DNA from: Vicinamibacterales bacterium
GTDB taxonomy: Bacteria; Acidobacteriota; Vicinamibacteria; Vicinamibacterales; UBA2999
Assembly: GCA_040081265.1 (NCBI GenBank)
Contig: JBEBGV010000011.1
Location: 11,330 to 75,329, forward strand
Reading direction: 5' to 3'
Length of the DNA: 64,000 nt
Part shown: positions 61,046-64,000 of the stretch, one piece after another
How positions within the stretch are numbered: position 1 is the stretch's first letter
Layout of the letters: each line of letters begins with the position of its first letter
Translations under genes and position numbers: made by a program
The notes under the pieces: generated by a model
Told to the model about the DNA's origin: nothing
The model's input: the letters and a program-made list of their open reading frames with translations, nothing else
Databases searched by the model: none

Positions 61046-61765
61046 GTGCATCCCGTGCCATCGGCCCCTGACAAAACCGCCGCCCGCATATCGGGCATGT
61101 TCGACGCAATCGCGCCGCGCTACGACCTGCTGAACAGGGTATTGAGCGTGGGCATCGACCAGCGGTGGCGTGCTCGGGCCATCGCCTCATTGCAGCTGAC
61201 CGGCACCGAGACGCTGCTCGATGTGTGTACGGGAACCGCAGACGTGGCCCTGGCGGCTAGCGTGAGCGGGGCAGCGCGCGTGCTGGGGGTGGATTTTGCC
61301 GGAGCCATGCTGAGGCTCGGCGTTGACAAAGTCGCCGCAACCGGTCGGAGCGACCGGATCACACTCGTCCGCGGCGACGCGATGCACCTGCCGGTCGGAG
61401 ACGAGGTGTGTGAGGCGGCCACCGTGGCCTTCGGCATCCGCAACGTCGAGCAGCCCGAGGTCGCCTGCCGTGAGATGGCAAGAGCCCTGAAGCCCGGGGG
61501 CCGGTTGGCGATCCTCGAGTTCGGGGTCCCGCGCATTCCCGGCCTGCGCGCCCTCTATCAGTGGTACTTCAGCGAGGTCCTCCCGCGCCTGGGCCGGATG
61601 GTCTCGGGCCATTCAGCGGCGTACTCCTACCTGCCCGCGTCAGTCGGTGCCTTCCCGCCCCCGGAGGCGTTTGTAAAGATTTTGCGCACGGCGGGATTTG
61701 CTCAGGTTGAAGCCGTCCCGCTCACCTTCGGCATCGTCTATCTCTACGTCGCCCGTAAGGCGTAA
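61046..61765 (+). CDS. ubiE: demethylmenaquinone/ubiquinone C-methyltransferase UbiE/MenG
   Basis: 3' part of ORF 60371-61765; in-frame GTG 61046. MFDAIAPRYDLLNRVLSVGIDQRWR, SAM motif LLDVCTGTADVA, FGIRNV, LKPGGRLAILEF, YSYLPASV. Confidence 0.85.
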   Translation: MHPVPSAPDKTAARISGMFDAIAPRYDLLNRVLSVGIDQRWRARAIASLQLTGTETLLDVCTGTADVALAASVSGAARVLGVDFAGAMLRLGVDKVAATGRSDRITLVRGDAMHLPVGDEVCEAATVAFGIRNVEQPEVACREMARALKPGGRLAILEFGVPRIPGLRALYQWYFSEVLPRLGRMVSGHSAAYSYLPASVGAFPPPEAFVKILRTAGFAQVEAVPLTFGIVYLYVARKA

Positions 61766-61856
61766 GTACCGAGGCGGGTCTACCCTGACCCGGCGTGTGC
61801 GGCTTTGAGACACCGTAAGTTGCTGTCAGGCAGACTGTTATAATTCTGAGAGTCCG

Positions 61857-62792
61857 TTGGTTCACTTCAACCTCGACGACCGCTATCTCGACGAGAACGT
61901 CGTCGGATCGGCCATCTCACGACGAGAGGCCGTGCTGCTGGCGATCATCGGGCATCTGCTGTTTGCGCTGTTTCTGGCGTACGCGCCAAAACTGACATGG
62001 TTCCAGCCAAGTCCCGAGGAACTCGCTCGACGACAGGCACTGGCTGAGCAGCAGCAGGAACAGCAACAGCGGATGGTCTTCGTCGAGCCCCTCAGAGACA
62101 TCCCCGCGTTGCGCGCTCCGGAGACTGCGCCGCCATCTGATGCGGACCGGCGTGCACAGAGTCCGGTTCCTCCGCCGGAGAGCGCCAACCCGATGCCGCG
62201 GCTGGAAGGCAATTCGCGGGAGATGAACGAAGCGTCACCGCCTCCAGAGCAAGCACGCGGACCCGAAACCCCGGCCCCGCCGGCCCCGCCAGAACCCGAG
62301 GCGACCGAGGCACGACTGCTACCGCCGTCTGACAACGGCTTTCCGCGCCCTCCGGCCGAGCGTGAGCGCACGCGCCCATCAGGCACGCTGGGCGAGGCCC
62401 TTCGCAATCTGCAGCGCTACGTGCAGAATCAGACGTTCGACAATCCCCAGGGGGGGCAGAAGGATCCGGGCGCGGCGATTCAGTTCGACACCAAGGGCGT
62501 CGAGTTCGGGCCCTGGCTGCGGCGGTTCGTTGCCCAGGTCAAGCGCAACTGGTTCGTGCCCCAGGCGGCGTATTCGTTCCGCGGGTACGTGGTGATGCAG
62601 TTCAACATCTGGCGAGACGGGCACATCACCGACGTGGCGATCGTGCAGCCGTCCTCGATCGACTCGTTCAACAACGCGGCCTACAACGCCATCATCTCGT
62701 CGAACCCTGTTGCACCGCTGCCACCCGAGTACCCGTCTGAGAAGGCATTCTTCACCGTGACCTTCTACTACAACATGCGTCCGCCGGACTGA
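61857..62792 (+). CDS. energy transducer TonB-family protein
   Basis: N-terminal TM (VLLAIIGHLLFALFLAY), Pro/Glu-rich spacer, C-terminal TonB domain (WLRRFVAQVKRNWFVP...GYVVMQFNIWRDGHITDVAIVQPSSIDSFNNAAYNAI). TTG start is uncertain. Confidence 0.75.
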   Translation: MVHFNLDDRYLDENVVGSAISRREAVLLAIIGHLLFALFLAYAPKLTWFQPSPEELARRQALAEQQQEQQQRMVFVEPLRDIPALRAPETAPPSDADRRAQSPVPPPESANPMPRLEGNSREMNEASPPPEQARGPETPAPPAPPEPEATEARLLPPSDNGFPRPPAERERTRPSGTLGEALRNLQRYVQNQTFDNPQGGQKDPGAAIQFDTKGVEFGPWLRRFVAQVKRNWFVPQAAYSFRGYVVMQFNIWRDGHITDVAIVQPSSIDSFNNAAYNAIISSNPVAPLPPEYPSEKAFFTVTFYYNMRPPD

Positions 62793-62869
62793 GGCGCTCG
62801 CGCCATGGTCCTCTCGCGCAGCCAGCAGCGTGGTGTCGTTGTCGTCGTGATCCTGTTCGCGGCCTACGT

Positions 62870-63856
62870 GTGTCTGCGCGTAATGTGACGGCGCAGACCG
62901 GCATCTCCCGGCGACTCGTCCTGGCGGTGCTTGGCCCCACCGCGTCGGGGAAGAGTGCTCTTGGTCTGGCCCTGGCTGCACGCTACGGCGGAGAAATCAT
63001 CAACTGCGATTCAACGGCCGTGTATCGCGGCTTCGACATCGGCACCGACAAGATCGAGCCCGGCGAACGCCGAGGGGTGCCGCACCACCTGATCGACGTG
63101 GCCGACCCTGTTGAGGTCTACACCGCTGCCCAGTTTGCGCGGGACGCCGCGGCCCTGATTGCAGACATGCACAGCCGCGACGTCCTGCCAATCCTCGTGG
63201 GCGGCACCGGATTCTACTTCCGCGCACTGACACGAGGCCTGTTCCCGGGACCGGGGGCCGACGATGTCCTGCGGGCGCGACTGGACCGCATTGCGCAGCG
63301 TCGGGGTCTCCCGCACCTGCATGCCCTCCTGCGGCGCGTAGACCCGGCGTCGGCGGAGCGCATCATGCCGCGGGATCAGAGGCGGCTGGTGCGTGCACTC
63401 GAGGTGTATTTTTCAACCGGCAGGTCGTTGACCAGCCATTTTTCGGAAACCGTGTCCCCGATCGCCGGGTGCGACGTCATCGCCATCGCGTTAAGGATTC
63501 CGACGGCATTGACCGCAGAACGCGTGGCACGCCGAGTGGACCAGCAGTTCGCCCGCGGTGTGGTTCGTGAGGTGGACCAGCTCCTCGAGAGGGGGGTGCC
63601 GACGACCGCCCGGCCGTTCGGTGGGCTCGTCTATCGGCAGGTGATGGAAATGCGTCAAGGCGTACGTGATGAGGTGGCGACACGTGCACTCATCGCGCAG
63701 GAGAACCGACGATATGCGCGACGACAGTTGATCTGGTTTCGTAAAGAGCCTAATCTTAGTTGGCTTGACGGTCCCGGCGAGAGCGCCGAGACGCTGCAGC
63801 AAGCCGACGCGCTCCTGGCCATGCGCGGCGTTTCAATACGAGGAGAGGCCACTTGA
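62870..63856 (+). CDS. miaA: tRNA dimethylallyltransferase
   Basis: P-loop VLGPTASGKSALGLALA, INCDSTAVYRGFDIGTDK, VPHHLIDV, ILVGGTGFYFRAL. The alternative in-frame GTG 62885 is at least as plausible a start. Confidence 0.9.
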   Translation: MSARNVTAQTGISRRLVLAVLGPTASGKSALGLALAARYGGEIINCDSTAVYRGFDIGTDKIEPGERRGVPHHLIDVADPVEVYTAAQFARDAAALIADMHSRDVLPILVGGTGFYFRALTRGLFPGPGADDVLRARLDRIAQRRGLPHLHALLRRVDPASAERIMPRDQRRLVRALEVYFSTGRSLTSHFSETVSPIAGCDVIAIALRIPTALTAERVARRVDQQFARGVVREVDQLLERGVPTTARPFGGLVYRQVMEMRQGVRDEVATRALIAQENRRYARRQLIWFRKEPNLSWLDGPGESAETLQQADALLAMRGVSIRGEAT

Positions 63857-64000
63857 TGGCTCACGTGTCCGATCCCCCGAAGCTCTCGGCGCAGCCGAAC
63901 ATACAGGACGTCTTCCTCAATGGCGCCCGGCGCGATCGCATTCTCATCATCGTGCACCTGCTCGATGGACGGCAGTTCGAGGGCCGCATCAAGAACTTCG
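63856..64000 (+). CDS. hfq: RNA chaperone Hfq (5' part; runs off the right edge of the window)
   Basis: Not in the ORF track (open-ended). ATG 63856 overlaps the miaA stop (TGATG). Manual translation MAHVSDPPKLSAQPNIQDVFLNGARRDRILIIVHLLDGRQFEGRIKNF matches the Hfq Sm1 region. Conserved miaA-hfq synteny. Confidence 0.85.
   Translation, partial: MAHVSDPPKLSAQPNIQDVFLNGARRDRILIIVHLLDGRQFEGRIKNF

Overview
This is a high-GC, gene-dense bacterial chromosomal segment. The gene content (futalosine menaquinone pathway, LpxI, PEGA and TonB-like proteins) suggests Acidobacteriota or a similar Gram-negative lineage, but that is inference only. I can support about 65 protein-coding genes, nearly all core housekeeping. 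In window order they are: argS, mobA, lnt, prfB (with its programmed +1 frameshift), a class A PBP, a dnaK-dnaJ-hspR heat-shock operon, hemW, an acyl-CoA dehydrogenase, mtnP and an adenosine kinase. Next come a LiaF-like/LytS-like/LytTR signalling operon and a TetR-controlled RND efflux operon. These are followed by ribH-nusB-lysS, lolCE-lolD, clpC, an envelope cluster (bamA, skp, fabZ-lpxA, lpxI), a futalosine menaquinone cluster, a TonB protein and miaA-hfq. I saw no rRNA, tRNA, CRISPR array, transposase, integrase or recognisable defence system, so this is not an obvious accessory island. Two real genes at the window edges (argS at the left, hfq at the right) and the short first frame of prfB are missing from the supplied ORF track; I recovered them by manual translation. 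Many long ORFs in the track are antisense shadows typical of high-GC DNA. The most interesting observations are listed here. (1) An RND permease and a TolC-like outer-membrane factor lie in one uninterrupted frame, with a signal-peptide-like segment and an internal SD+GTG at the junction. (2) One ORF fuses MeaB GTPase, methylmalonyl-CoA epimerase and an MBL-fold hydrolase. (3) FabZ and LpxA are fused. (4) Heptamer-repeat (GAAGTNN) hairpin elements sit directly against stop codons at two loci. (5) Two uncharacterised secreted paralogs flank an MBL-fold protein with degenerate metal ligands. (6) An MqnC/MqnE paralog lacks the radical-SAM cysteines. (7) A sharply AT-rich intergenic island carries a perfect 14-bp palindrome upstream of the efflux regulator. 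All family calls rest on motif recognition by eye; no database search was possible.
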